Source of the DNA: Elusimicrobiota bacterium
GTDB lineage: Bacteria > Elusimicrobiota > UBA8919
Reading direction: 5' to 3'
NCBI GenBank assembly: GCA_003452965.1
Contig: DMMW01000010.1
Location: 1 to 34,525 of the forward strand
Length of the DNA stretch: 34,525 bases
Shown here: positions 16,432 through 25,431 of the stretch, one piece after another
Position numbering within the stretch: position 1 is the first letter of the stretch
How the letters are laid out: every line of letters starts with the position of its first letter
Program-made: the position numbers and the translations under genes
Notes under the pieces: model-generated
Database searches by the model: none
The model's input: only the letters and a program-made list of their open reading frames with translations
Told to the model about the DNA's origin: nothing

Positions 16432-17127
16432 CTAATCTGTATTTTTAATACTCAGGATTTCTTTCAAAGGAACTATTTCATATCCTTTCTTCTTAATTCC
16501 GGTTATTATCTCGGGCAACGCTTCCGCAGTCAGTTTCTTTTCATGCATTAATATTATAGCACCAGGTTTAATTTTATTTAGATATTTTTCTACAAGTTGG
16601 TCCTTTGACATTTTTTTCCAATCGAACCCAAAAGACCAATTAACAATAATATATTTTCTTTCTTTTGCCACCTCTTCAACAACAGGGGAATTAAAACCGT
16701 TCGGCATTCTTAAAAACAGCGGTTTAACATCTGTTATATCCTTTATCATCTCCTCTGTCCTATCAATCTCATCGATTAATATTTTTTTAAATTCGTTTTT
16801 TGTTTTCTTTTTTCTTAAGTTATAAAAACTTAAATGTGAATAGGTATGATTTCCAATTTCCTGCCCGTATTGTATATATTTATTCGCTGAGTTCGGAAAT
16901 CGTGCCATATTAGAACCAAGAATAAAAAAGGTTGCTTTGATTTTCTCCTTTTTTAAAATTTCAAATATTTTATCATGTACAAACGGATTAGGTCCGTCAT
17001 CAAAAGTTAATGTAACCCATTTTTTTGTCGGCAATCCATCGGAATAAAATTTACCGTATTTTAGTTCTTCTGCTTGTAAATTTATACTTAAAAGTAAAAT
17101 ATAAAATATTAATACTATTTTTTTCAT
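16432..17127 (-). CDS. Secreted polysaccharide deacetylase (CE4)
   Basis: TLTFDDGP, GNHTYSH and RMPNG motifs. The signal peptide is MKKIVLIFYILLLSINLQA. The track ORF is trimmed to ATG at 17127. Confidence 0.85.
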   Translation of the reverse strand: MKKIVLIFYILLLSINLQAEELKYGKFYSDGLPTKKWVTLTFDDGPNPFVHDKIFEILKKEKIKATFFILGSNMARFPNSANKYIQYGQEIGNHTYSHLSFYNLRKKKTKNEFKKILIDEIDRTEEMIKDITDVKPLFLRMPNGFNSPVVEEVAKERKYIIVNWSFGFDWKKMSKDQLVEKYLNKIKPGAIILMHEKKLTAEALPEIITGIKKKGYEIVPLKEILSIKNTD

Positions 17128-17134
17128 TTTTTGA

Positions 17135-17497
17135 TTAAACAAGGTAATTCCGTAATTCATCCTCAGAAAAACCAAAGTAATGACCAATTTCATGAATCAC
17201 CGTTTTTATTATCTGGGTTTCCATTTCTTCTTGTTCTGTGAAAGCCATTACAAAACTTTCTTTATATAATTCAATTCTCGTCGGTTCACTCTGTATATTG
17301 AAAATGGAACGTTTATTGTGCGGAACACCTATGAATACACCAAATACAATACTGTTCTTAAATTTATCCTTAACAGCAGCCGGCACACTTTCTCTTGGAA
17401 GTAACCTAATATTCTCTTTTTCTAATATTTTTTTAAATTTCCTGGGAATTCTATTAAAGGCTTCTTCAATAATTTTTTCAAATTGATTCATATCCAT
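17135..17497 (-). CDS. Small zincin-like metallopeptidase-family protein
   Basis: C-terminal VIHEIGHYFGFSEDEL (HExxH). 120 aa. Confidence 0.7.
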   Translation of the reverse strand: MDMNQFEKIIEEAFNRIPRKFKKILEKENIRLLPRESVPAAVKDKFKNSIVFGVFIGVPHNKRSIFNIQSEPTRIELYKESFVMAFTEQEEMETQIIKTVIHEIGHYFGFSEDELRNYLV

Positions 17498-17549
17498 ATT
17501 TAATCAGAAATATTTAATTAAGGACAGCTATCCCTAATTATCCCTCTAA

Positions 17550-20500
17550 TCATTCATGTTCGTGTTTTTTTTCAAGTTCCGACATAGCTTCTTTAACATC
17601 TTTTAAATGTTTGCGGCTTTCAAATACCGACATAAGGCTGTATACACAAGGCACTACAAACAGGGTAAGCAGTGTTGAAAGGAACACACCACCTATGATA
17701 ACCACAGCCATAGGTACTCTTGTTTCTGCACCCGGTCCTAATGCAAGTGCGGGCGGGATTGCGGCGGCAATAGTTGAAAAGGATGTCATTATAATAGGTC
17801 TTAATCTTACAGGACAAGCTTCCATAAGCGCTTCCCTAACATCTTTCCCGCTTTCTCTCTTTTGGTTTGTAAAATCTACAAGTAAAATAGAATTTTTTTT
17901 CACAATACCCATTAATAAAATTATACCTATAGCGCTATACATATTCAACGATTTTCCGGTAATGAGCATAGCGAATATAGCACCTGAAATACTAAAGGGA
18001 AGAGCAATAAGTACCGTGAAAGGATGAATAAAACTATTAAACTGCGTTCCTAAAACCATATATGCTACAAATATACCGAGAATCAATGCTATATATAAAC
18101 TATTAAACGAGTCTTTAAATGTCTGAGCGCTTCCAGAAAAAACCAGCTTATATTCTTCTGGCAGAATTCTTTTACCCAAAGCTTGTACAATTTTAAGCGC
18201 TTCACCCTGAGATTTACCCAACGGAATGTTTGCATACATCCTTATTGCACGTTCTCGGTTTTTACGCGTTATTGAAAGCAAAGTTGGCTTTTCTACTATA
18301 CTTACAACTTCAGAAAGCCGTATAAGTTCACCCCGATTGTTTCGTATCCATATTTTACTTATATCGGAAACATTGCGTCTGTCTTTTTCGACAAGCTGGA
18401 CTCTTACATCATATCGCCTACCACCTTTTGAATATTTGCCGGAACGTACTCCGCCGATTAACGCATTAATAGTATTACCTATCGCGGAAATACTTACACC
18501 ATGGTTTGCAGCTTTTTGTCTATCGGGGACTACATTTACTTCAGGCATTCCAAGAACATAATCAGAATTTACGTCGGTTAAAAATTCTGTTTTTTCCATT
18601 TCTTCTTCCATTATTCTGCTGAAATTTGCAAGCTTATCCCAATCGGGACCATTAATAGTAAACTCAACAGGGAATCCACGCCTTCCCCCCAGACTCATAA
18701 GCGAAGGATCCTGAATAACTACTTTTTCAACACCTGCAATAGTCCTTAAACTTTTGCGTAAAATAGGTATTAATTCTTGTTGTGTCAATGGTTGTTTTTT
18801 ACTTTTATCTATAGGGCGCTGATTGTATGGTTTTAAGGTAAGCATTATTTGACCGGTATTTACCATATCACCGCCAATATTTGTAAAATATGCTTCTATT
18901 TCCTTAATATTTATTAGTTGCTCTTCAATATTTTTAAAAATATCATCAGTATACTCTAATGATGAACCTACTTTTGTTTCCATCCTAACCATTAATCTAC
19001 TTATATCCTGTGCTGGTGTAAACTCGGTTTTAACTAATTTTACGAGCAGCAATGAACCAACAAAGAAAATTATGGAGGTAAGCACAACTTTCAAACGATT
19101 ATCTAAACACCAATTTAATAGTTTTGAATAAATTCTTTTAAAAGATAACATAAAACTATCTATTATTTTCCCAAGTTGCGTAACATGCCCAACTTGTAAG
19201 AACTGAGCGCAAAACATCGGGGTAAGTGTCAAAGCTCCTAATAATGAAATTGCAACTGCAACAGAGATAGTAACTCCAAACTGGAGAAAATAGCGACCAA
19301 TTACTCCTTCCATAAAAATAACAGGTACAAATATCGCAAGTATTGCAGCTGTTGCAGCAATTGCGGCAAATGTAATTTCACGTGCACCCCATATAGCCGC
19401 TTTTACCTTAGTTTCGCCTGCTTCTCTGTGTCTCGCAATATTTTCAAGCATCATAATAGCGTCATCAACCACTATACCTATCACTAACGAAAGTCCTAAA
19501 AGTGTAAACATATTAAGCGTAAACCCGAGAATATACATTACAAAAAGTGTTCCGCATAATGACATAGGTATAGTTAAAAATACATTTAATGCTGAACTGA
19601 ACGAGCCTAAAAACAACCAGCTTACCATGCCTGTGAGTAAAATAGATAATATCATCACAAAATACATTTCATGAATAGATTCCTCAATAACGTTAGTTGT
19701 ATCAAAGCGTATTGCCAAAACCAGACCTTCAGGCAGATATTTGTTCATATTATCAAGTTTCTTTTTAACTTCTTTAGCTACCTTGACTGCATTTGTACCG
19801 CGTTGTTTTCGTATACCCATGCCTACAGTTGTGACTCCCATAGCGCGTGAAATCCTGCGGATATTTTCAGTGCCTTCTTCAACTTCTGCAACATCTCCAA
19901 TAGTGAATTTTTTCCAGATAGGTGAACCTCTACGTGCGGGAATTATCAATGACGCAAACTCCTCAACAGAGCCAGCTTCACCCACTACCCGTATATTCAT
20001 TTCCTTCTTACCGGTATCTATATAACCTGCAGGTACTTCTGCATGTTCGGATTGAATTGCTGAAGTAATATCATCTATTGTCATTTCGTTGTTTCGCATT
20101 TTTTCGGCATTCAACCATACTCTAAGATTGGGTTCGGCAAAACCTCCCATAAAAACCTCACCTACACCGGGAGTAGTTGCCAGTTGGTCAACTATTTGAT
20201 TCTTTGTATATTCCATAAGATATTTCAACGGTTTGTTTCCAGACAAAGAAATCCATAATATCGGCTGGTCTTCAGTATTGCTTTTTGAGATAATAGGCGG
20301 TTCTGCATCGCGAGGCAGGTTCCTCTGACTGCGTGCTACTGAGCTCTGAACATCCTGCAGAGCAACATCTATATTTTTATTAATATCAAAATAAACAGTA
20401 ACTCTTGAACGACCTCTTTGTGAACTAGATAAAACTTCCTGAACACCTTCAATACCCATAACCGCATCTTCCAAAGAATTAGTAACTTCCGTCTCCATAA

Positions 20501-20672
20501 CTTCAGGAGATGCGCCTTCCCATGAACAGGATACTGAAAGCACCGGTTGATCTACATCGGGAAGCTGACTTATGCCAAGTTGAAAAAAAGAAATTATTCC
20601 AAAGATGATAATACCAAACATCACCATCCATGCAAATACAGGATTTTTAATTGAAAAATCCGATAAAGTCAT
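17550..20672 (-). CDS. RND efflux transporter permease (AcrB/HAE1-like)
   Basis: 1040 aa. The N-terminus FSIKNPVFAWMVMFGIIIFG is typical, with a 12-TM architecture, two large periplasmic loops and VVDDAIMMLENI. Confidence 0.9.
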   Translation of the reverse strand: MTLSDFSIKNPVFAWMVMFGIIIFGIISFFQLGISQLPDVDQPVLSVSCSWEGASPEVMETEVTNSLEDAVMGIEGVQEVLSSSQRGRSRVTVYFDINKNIDVALQDVQSSVARSQRNLPRDAEPPIISKSNTEDQPILWISLSGNKPLKYLMEYTKNQIVDQLATTPGVGEVFMGGFAEPNLRVWLNAEKMRNNEMTIDDITSAIQSEHAEVPAGYIDTGKKEMNIRVVGEAGSVEEFASLIIPARRGSPIWKKFTIGDVAEVEEGTENIRRISRAMGVTTVGMGIRKQRGTNAVKVAKEVKKKLDNMNKYLPEGLVLAIRFDTTNVIEESIHEMYFVMILSILLTGMVSWLFLGSFSSALNVFLTIPMSLCGTLFVMYILGFTLNMFTLLGLSLVIGIVVDDAIMMLENIARHREAGETKVKAAIWGAREITFAAIAATAAILAIFVPVIFMEGVIGRYFLQFGVTISVAVAISLLGALTLTPMFCAQFLQVGHVTQLGKIIDSFMLSFKRIYSKLLNWCLDNRLKVVLTSIIFFVGSLLLVKLVKTEFTPAQDISRLMVRMETKVGSSLEYTDDIFKNIEEQLINIKEIEAYFTNIGGDMVNTGQIMLTLKPYNQRPIDKSKKQPLTQQELIPILRKSLRTIAGVEKVVIQDPSLMSLGGRRGFPVEFTINGPDWDKLANFSRIMEEEMEKTEFLTDVNSDYVLGMPEVNVVPDRQKAANHGVSISAIGNTINALIGGVRSGKYSKGGRRYDVRVQLVEKDRRNVSDISKIWIRNNRGELIRLSEVVSIVEKPTLLSITRKNRERAIRMYANIPLGKSQGEALKIVQALGKRILPEEYKLVFSGSAQTFKDSFNSLYIALILGIFVAYMVLGTQFNSFIHPFTVLIALPFSISGAIFAMLITGKSLNMYSAIGIILLMGIVKKNSILLVDFTNQKRESGKDVREALMEACPVRLRPIIMTSFSTIAAAIPPALALGPGAETRVPMAVVIIGGVFLSTLLTLFVVPCVYSLMSVFESRKHLKDVKEAMSELEKKHEHE

Positions 20673-20692
20673 ATAAAAATCTCCTTAAAAAT

Positions 20693-21934
20693 CTATTGAT
20701 TTGCTGCAGCATTCAGTAATGCTTTATCTATTTTCGCTTCAACAAGTGCCCTGTCTAAATTACGTTTTGCATCAGACATTGTAGTCATAGCTGCTAATAC
20801 ATCAAGATTATTAACTAATCCGAGTTTATAGTCGCGTAATTGTAGCTGGTAACTTTTTTCGGCTTTTTCGTATGATTCCCTATACGCCTTGACTTGATTA
20901 AGTGAAGATATAAGAGCCTGATAATACTTTTTAACCTCGCTAACAGCGTCTTGCTCAATTAAATCTAATTTGCTTTCCATTTCCTGGAGCCTAAAAGATA
21001 CTTCTTTTATTCTACTACGAATAATTCCACCTTGAAACAAAGTCGCATCCAAATAAATATAAGCGTCCCATTCACTATCAACATTTCCGTTGTTTCGGTT
21101 AATATATTTAGAACCTTCAAGATTAAGTGTGGGTAAAAGAGAACCTTTAGCTATACGCAATTCATAAGATTGTATTTCTTTATCTTGTCGTGCGGATTCA
21201 ATATCAGCTCTGTCTTTAACAGAATCAACATAATATTCCAATATACCCGCATCAGTTATATCCTGGGTATCATCATCAACTTTAAGTGAAGCCGAATCCA
21301 TATAAACTAAACGACTAAGGATTTCTACAGCATTTGCACGTTCACCTGCGGTTTTTTCAAGCTGAGCCTTAAAAGTAGCAATCTGAGATTCAACGGCAAG
21401 CACTTCGCTTTCCCGCGATTTTCCTAAGCGGAACCTTTCATTAAGTTCTTTTACTCTGTCCTGCATAAGTTTAAGTATATATTTCAAGTTTACAATATCT
21501 ACATCGGCTTGAACAACAGAAAAAAAAGCTTGTGATACATCCGCTTTTAGTAAACGCAAGGTATTGTTAAATAATGCCTGTTCTTTTTTAATTTCTGCTT
21601 TTGATTGGGATATCGCTTTAGTTTTTCTAAAACCATAAAACAAAGGTTGGCTCAAAGTGAATTTGGAATCACCGCCACCTGATGCATATTCACCGCCTGC
21701 GGTATCTCTCTGAAATCTTGAATATCTGAATCTAATATCCGGAAGCATTTCACCTCTTCTTTGGTTTAGTAACTGTTCTGCTTCGAGATGTTTTTGTTTT
21801 TGTATATTTAATTCAAGACTATGCGACTGTGCCATATCAAGGCATTGTTTCAGCGTCCAGCCGTCAGCACCGTTTTCAGCATACATACAGGACACACAAA
21901 TTGGAATAAGTAATAGAAATGACAAAATATTCAT
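20693..21934 (-). CDS. Outer-membrane efflux protein (TolC/OEP family)
   Basis: 413 aa with a signal peptide ending ...ICVSC. Internally repeated coiled-coil/beta architecture, with a typical LD(L/V)L.A...L..A tail. Lies 20 nt upstream of the RND gene. Confidence 0.8.
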   Translation of the reverse strand: MNILSFLLLIPICVSCMYAENGADGWTLKQCLDMAQSHSLELNIQKQKHLEAEQLLNQRRGEMLPDIRFRYSRFQRDTAGGEYASGGGDSKFTLSQPLFYGFRKTKAISQSKAEIKKEQALFNNTLRLLKADVSQAFFSVVQADVDIVNLKYILKLMQDRVKELNERFRLGKSRESEVLAVESQIATFKAQLEKTAGERANAVEILSRLVYMDSASLKVDDDTQDITDAGILEYYVDSVKDRADIESARQDKEIQSYELRIAKGSLLPTLNLEGSKYINRNNGNVDSEWDAYIYLDATLFQGGIIRSRIKEVSFRLQEMESKLDLIEQDAVSEVKKYYQALISSLNQVKAYRESYEKAEKSYQLQLRDYKLGLVNNLDVLAAMTTMSDAKRNLDRALVEAKIDKALLNAAANQ

Positions 21935-21999
21935 AATTAAAATACTTTTAAAAAAAGGGATATTACATTAGATGTTTAAATCAGTAAAAAGGTTTACTC

Positions 22000-22070
22000 C
22001 ATTAGAGATTAGTTATTGTGGAATATAAATTACCACGGAATCATATTAAAGCGTTTTCTATCTCTAATGG
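22000..22070 (-). promoter_or_regulatory. 11-bp perfect inverted repeat (ccattagagat ... atctctaatgg) with a 49-nt loop in the tolC-like leader
   Basis: Arms at 22000-22010 and 22060-22070 read directly, located between the putative promoter and the tolC-like start. Confidence 0.4.
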
Positions 22071-22118
22071 GGCTTACTCCTTACGAAAATATTGATAAGG
22101 ATATTTCTCAACAAGCAC

Positions 22119-22146
22119 ATTATATATTTTTCAACTAACTTTGCAA
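22119..22146 (-). promoter_or_regulatory. Putative promoter for the tolC-RND operon (TTGCAA-16-TATAAT on the minus strand)
   Basis: TTGCAA at 22141-22146 and the reverse complement of TATAAT at 22119-22124. Confidence 0.4.
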
Positions 22147-22477
22147 CCTTAAAATAAAAAAACCTTAAAAAATAATATTATACAATTTAAAAAAACACTG
22201 TCGGGATAAACTCCATTGGCAGTCGCAATCTTGCCTGCCTAAGATTTCTTGTCCTTCGTAGCTTTATCGGTTGAAATTGAAAATTGACCCACCATAGAAG
22301 AAGTTAATCAAAGAATTCCTCCTTGTTTTTTCATAAAAATTGGATATAATCAGTTAAGTAAGTTAATATGATGTGTATGAGATATGTAGTATGTCCCCAG
22401 CATCCCAGAAATCGTAGGAAAAGCAGGATAATATAAATGGAGTGTCTTTGACATTACCATATTCTTTAGGAGGTCAT

Positions 22478-23338
22478 ATGATAGACGAAAAAGATGTTTA
22501 TGAGGCTAAGAAGAAAGTGCAGTCTGCAATGAAGGATGCGACTGTAAGGATGGCGGTGATTGTTGGGGCGATTCTGTTGGGCATTCTGTTCTTTAGACCA
22601 TGGATCCAGATTGGTCCTGGCGAAAGAGGTGTTGTCTTAAATTTTGGTGCTGTTCAGAAAAACGTGCTTGGAGAAGGATTGCATTTTAGGATACCTATAG
22701 TGCAGACGATTGCCATAATGGATGTAAAGGTGCAGAAGGCAGAGACAGGTGCTGCATCCGCCTCGTCCGATCTTCAGGATGTGACATCATCGGTTGCGCT
22801 TAACTATCATATAGTCCCGGATAAGGCAAATGTTGTCTATCAAACCATCGGGGTATACTTTAAGGAGCGTATTATAGACCCTGCAATACAAGAGGTAATG
22901 AAAGCTGTGTCAGCCAAGTATACAGCAGAAGAACTTATAACAAAGAGGGCAGCAGTAAGCGAGGCTATAAGAGAAACACTTGCTGAAAGACTTTTAGCAT
23001 ATAATATAGCAGTTGATGCATTTTCCATTATCTCATTCAGTTTCTCTAAGGTATTTACAGAAGCCATTGAGTCAAAACAGACAGCAGAACAGCTTGCACT
23101 AAAAGCAAAGAGAGACCTGGATAGGATAAAGATAGAGGCGGAGCAGACAATTACGGCAGCAAAAGCAGAGGCGGAGTCCCTGAGGCTGCAAAGAGCGAAT
23201 ATTTCTACGGACCTTATAGAATTGAGAAAAATAGAGGCAAACCTTAAGGCAATAGATAAGTGGAATGGAATCCTTCCGCAGGTTACAGGTAGCGGAGCAA
23301 TACCATTTATTGGAGTAGGGGATATACAGAAAAAATAA
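22478..23338 (+). CDS. SPFH/Band-7 (prohibitin-like) membrane protein
   Basis: An N-terminal TM followed by IGPGERGVVLNFG, a PHB core and a C-terminal coiled coil (AEQLALKAKRDL...). GGAGG lies before the ATG at 22478. Confidence 0.85.
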   Translation: MIDEKDVYEAKKKVQSAMKDATVRMAVIVGAILLGILFFRPWIQIGPGERGVVLNFGAVQKNVLGEGLHFRIPIVQTIAIMDVKVQKAETGAASASSDLQDVTSSVALNYHIVPDKANVVYQTIGVYFKERIIDPAIQEVMKAVSAKYTAEELITKRAAVSEAIRETLAERLLAYNIAVDAFSIISFSFSKVFTEAIESKQTAEQLALKAKRDLDRIKIEAEQTITAAKAEAESLRLQRANISTDLIELRKIEANLKAIDKWNGILPQVTGSGAIPFIGVGDIQKK

Positions 23339-23341
23339 ATT

Positions 23342-23614
23342 ATGAGTAGATATTTTCTTTTTCTTATTATTGCGGGGATAGTAGGCGGTATTATAGCCAG
23401 AAGAAACGGGCGCAACTTTACAATCTGGTTTATGCTATGTGTCCTTTTCCCTTTTCTTATCATTGTTATTGCGTTACTTCCACCTTTGCTATCTGAAGGA
23501 TATACAAAAAAGTGTCCTTACTGTGCAGAAATTATTAAAGAAACCGCAAAATTTTGTAAACACTGTGGTAAGGAGCAACCTATAGATATGGTCAGGGTGT
23601 CTTCTAATAAATAA
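23342..23614 (+). CDS. Small two-TM membrane protein with a C-terminal zinc ribbon
   Basis: CPYCAEIIKETAKFCKHCGK (CxxC-x10-CxxC). The start lies 4 nt after the SPFH stop. Confidence 0.6.
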   Translation: MSRYFLFLIIAGIVGGIIARRNGRNFTIWFMLCVLFPFLIIVIALLPPLLSEGYTKKCPYCAEIIKETAKFCKHCGKEQPIDMVRVSSNK

Positions 23615-23724
23615 CTATGCATCTCAACGACATGTCTAAATGTCCGGTTTGTAGAAACTTTATTTCTTTTTGTAATGAATGTTGTAGGTAAATATTTAAC
23701 ATGGAATCATGGGGGTATTTAGAA

Positions 23725-25428
23725 ATGATAGAAACATTTTCTAATAAAGAAATAAAAAAGGATAGTAAGATAGCCTATTTCTCAATGGAGATAGGCATTG
23801 ATTCAAGAATTCCAACATACAGTGGTGGACTCGGAGTTTTAGCCGGGGATACACTTAAATCCTGTGCAGACCTGAAAGTACCGGTGGTTGGGATAACGCT
23901 GTTATATAAAAAAGGATATTACTATCAGAAATTGGATGAACGGGGAAATCAAATAGAATTACCTGTACAATGGACACCGTCTGATTTTTTAGAACTGTTG
24001 CCAGAAAAAATAAATGTAAAAATAGAAAACAGAGATGTAATTGTTCAAGCATGGCAATACAACTTGGAATCGGTAGACGGGCGTAATACGACGGTCCCTA
24101 TACTCTTCCTTGATACGGATATTTCTGAAAATAGTAACTACGATAGGTCGCTTACGGATAAACTCTATGGCGGAGATGAGAAATATCGGCTTGCACAGGA
24201 GATTATTTTAGGAATTGGCGGTGTGCATATCCTCCGTAAACTTGGATATAATAGTATAAAAAAATACCATATGAATGAAGGGCATGCAAGTTTGTTGGTT
24301 TTGGAATTGCTCCGAGAACTCAAAAAACAAGAAGACTCTTCATTGGATTTTGATGCGGTGCGAGATATGTGTGTTTTCACAACGCATACGCCTGTTCCTG
24401 CAGGACATGACAAATTTTCTTACGACTTAGTAAAAAATGTTCTGGGTGAATTTCTTCCGATTGATGTGCTCAAAATGCTTGCCGGAGAAAAGAATTTCAA
24501 CATGACATTACTTGCGTTAAACTCATCCAAATATATAAACGGCGTAGCAAAAAAACATGGAGAAGTTTCCCGCGAAATGTTTCCCAATTATTCTATTGAC
24601 TCAATAACAAACGGAATTCATTCATACTCTTGGGCATCGGGAAGTTTCAGGAAATTATATGATAAATATATTCCCGGTTGGACAAAAGACCCTTTTACAT
24701 TAAGGTACACTATCAGTATTCCAAAAACTGAAATATGGAATGTACATCTGGAAGCAAAAAAAAACCTTATTGATTATGTCAATAAAGAAACGAATGCCGG
24801 AATGGATTATGAAACATTCACAATAGGGTTCGCAAGAAGGGCATCTACATACAAACGTGCAGACCTTTTATTTTTTGATAATCATCGGCTTGTTAATATA
24901 TCTAAAATCGGAAAAATACAAATCATATTTGCCGGAAAGGCACACCCGAAAGATATACCGGGAAAGGAGATAATTAAAAAAATTTTCAGTCATATACACA
25001 ATTTAAAAACCGATATAAAAATTGCTTACCTTGAAGATTACAATATAGAACTTGGAAAAATGATTACATCCGGGGTTGATTTATGGTTAAATACGCCGTT
25101 AAAGCCTAGAGAGGCATCAGGCACTTCCGGTATGAAAGCATCGCTTAACGGAGTGCCGAATTTTAGTGTTTTAGACGGTTGGTGGATAGAGGGCTGTATT
25201 GAAGGTATTACCGGCTGGTCAATAGGGACAAAGTTAGCCGAAGAAAACTCCGATAAGAAAGATGCCGAAGATTTATACGCAAAGTTAGAAAATATAATTA
25301 TTCCGATGTTCTACAAGTATAGAGAGCAGTGGCTGAATATTATGCAATACAGTATTGCATTTAATGCCTCTTTTTTTAACACGCACAGAATGGTTCACCA
25401 GTATGTGCTAAATGCGTATCTGGATTAA
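23725..25428 (+). CDS. Alpha-glucan phosphorylase family protein (GT35, short GlgP/maltodextrin phosphorylase type)
   Basis: IAYFSMEIG...YSGGLGVLAGD, HMNEGHA and the PLP-lysine motif EASGTSGMKASLNG. The start is ambiguous (23701 or 23725). Confidence 0.85.
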   Translation: MIETFSNKEIKKDSKIAYFSMEIGIDSRIPTYSGGLGVLAGDTLKSCADLKVPVVGITLLYKKGYYYQKLDERGNQIELPVQWTPSDFLELLPEKINVKIENRDVIVQAWQYNLESVDGRNTTVPILFLDTDISENSNYDRSLTDKLYGGDEKYRLAQEIILGIGGVHILRKLGYNSIKKYHMNEGHASLLVLELLRELKKQEDSSLDFDAVRDMCVFTTHTPVPAGHDKFSYDLVKNVLGEFLPIDVLKMLAGEKNFNMTLLALNSSKYINGVAKKHGEVSREMFPNYSIDSITNGIHSYSWASGSFRKLYDKYIPGWTKDPFTLRYTISIPKTEIWNVHLEAKKNLIDYVNKETNAGMDYETFTIGFARRASTYKRADLLFFDNHRLVNISKIGKIQIIFAGKAHPKDIPGKEIIKKIFSHIHNLKTDIKIAYLEDYNIELGKMITSGVDLWLNTPLKPREASGTSGMKASLNGVPNFSVLDGWWIEGCIEGITGWSIGTKLAEENSDKKDAEDLYAKLENIIIPMFYKYREQWLNIMQYSIAFNASFFNTHRMVHQYVLNAYLD

Positions 25429-25431
25429 ATT

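Noticed and set aside
643-20025. Many track ORFs lying antisense to or nested inside long, well-supported genes. Examples: 643-987, 1775-2044, 2336-2561, 2703-2993, 3996-4208, 4880-5154, 8261-8464, 10065-10416, 11226-11942, 14116-14313, 14670-14942, 15142-15771, 17238-17486, 17611-18561 and 19741-20025. The same applies later to 22840-23463, 23855-24413, 25425-25658, 27951-28258, 31801-31986 and 32488-32679.
   Set aside because: Each lies entirely within a gene that has clear family motifs on the other strand or frame. Their products are low-complexity or hydrophobic nonsense typical of AT-rich antisense frames, and no RBS or motifs were seen.
22200-22340. Possible remnant of a membrane-fusion-protein or regulator gene upstream of tolC (minus-strand MKKQGGIL* after a GGAGG-like site)
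   Set aside because: It is only 8 codons with no recognisable family sequence, so it cannot be distinguished from chance.
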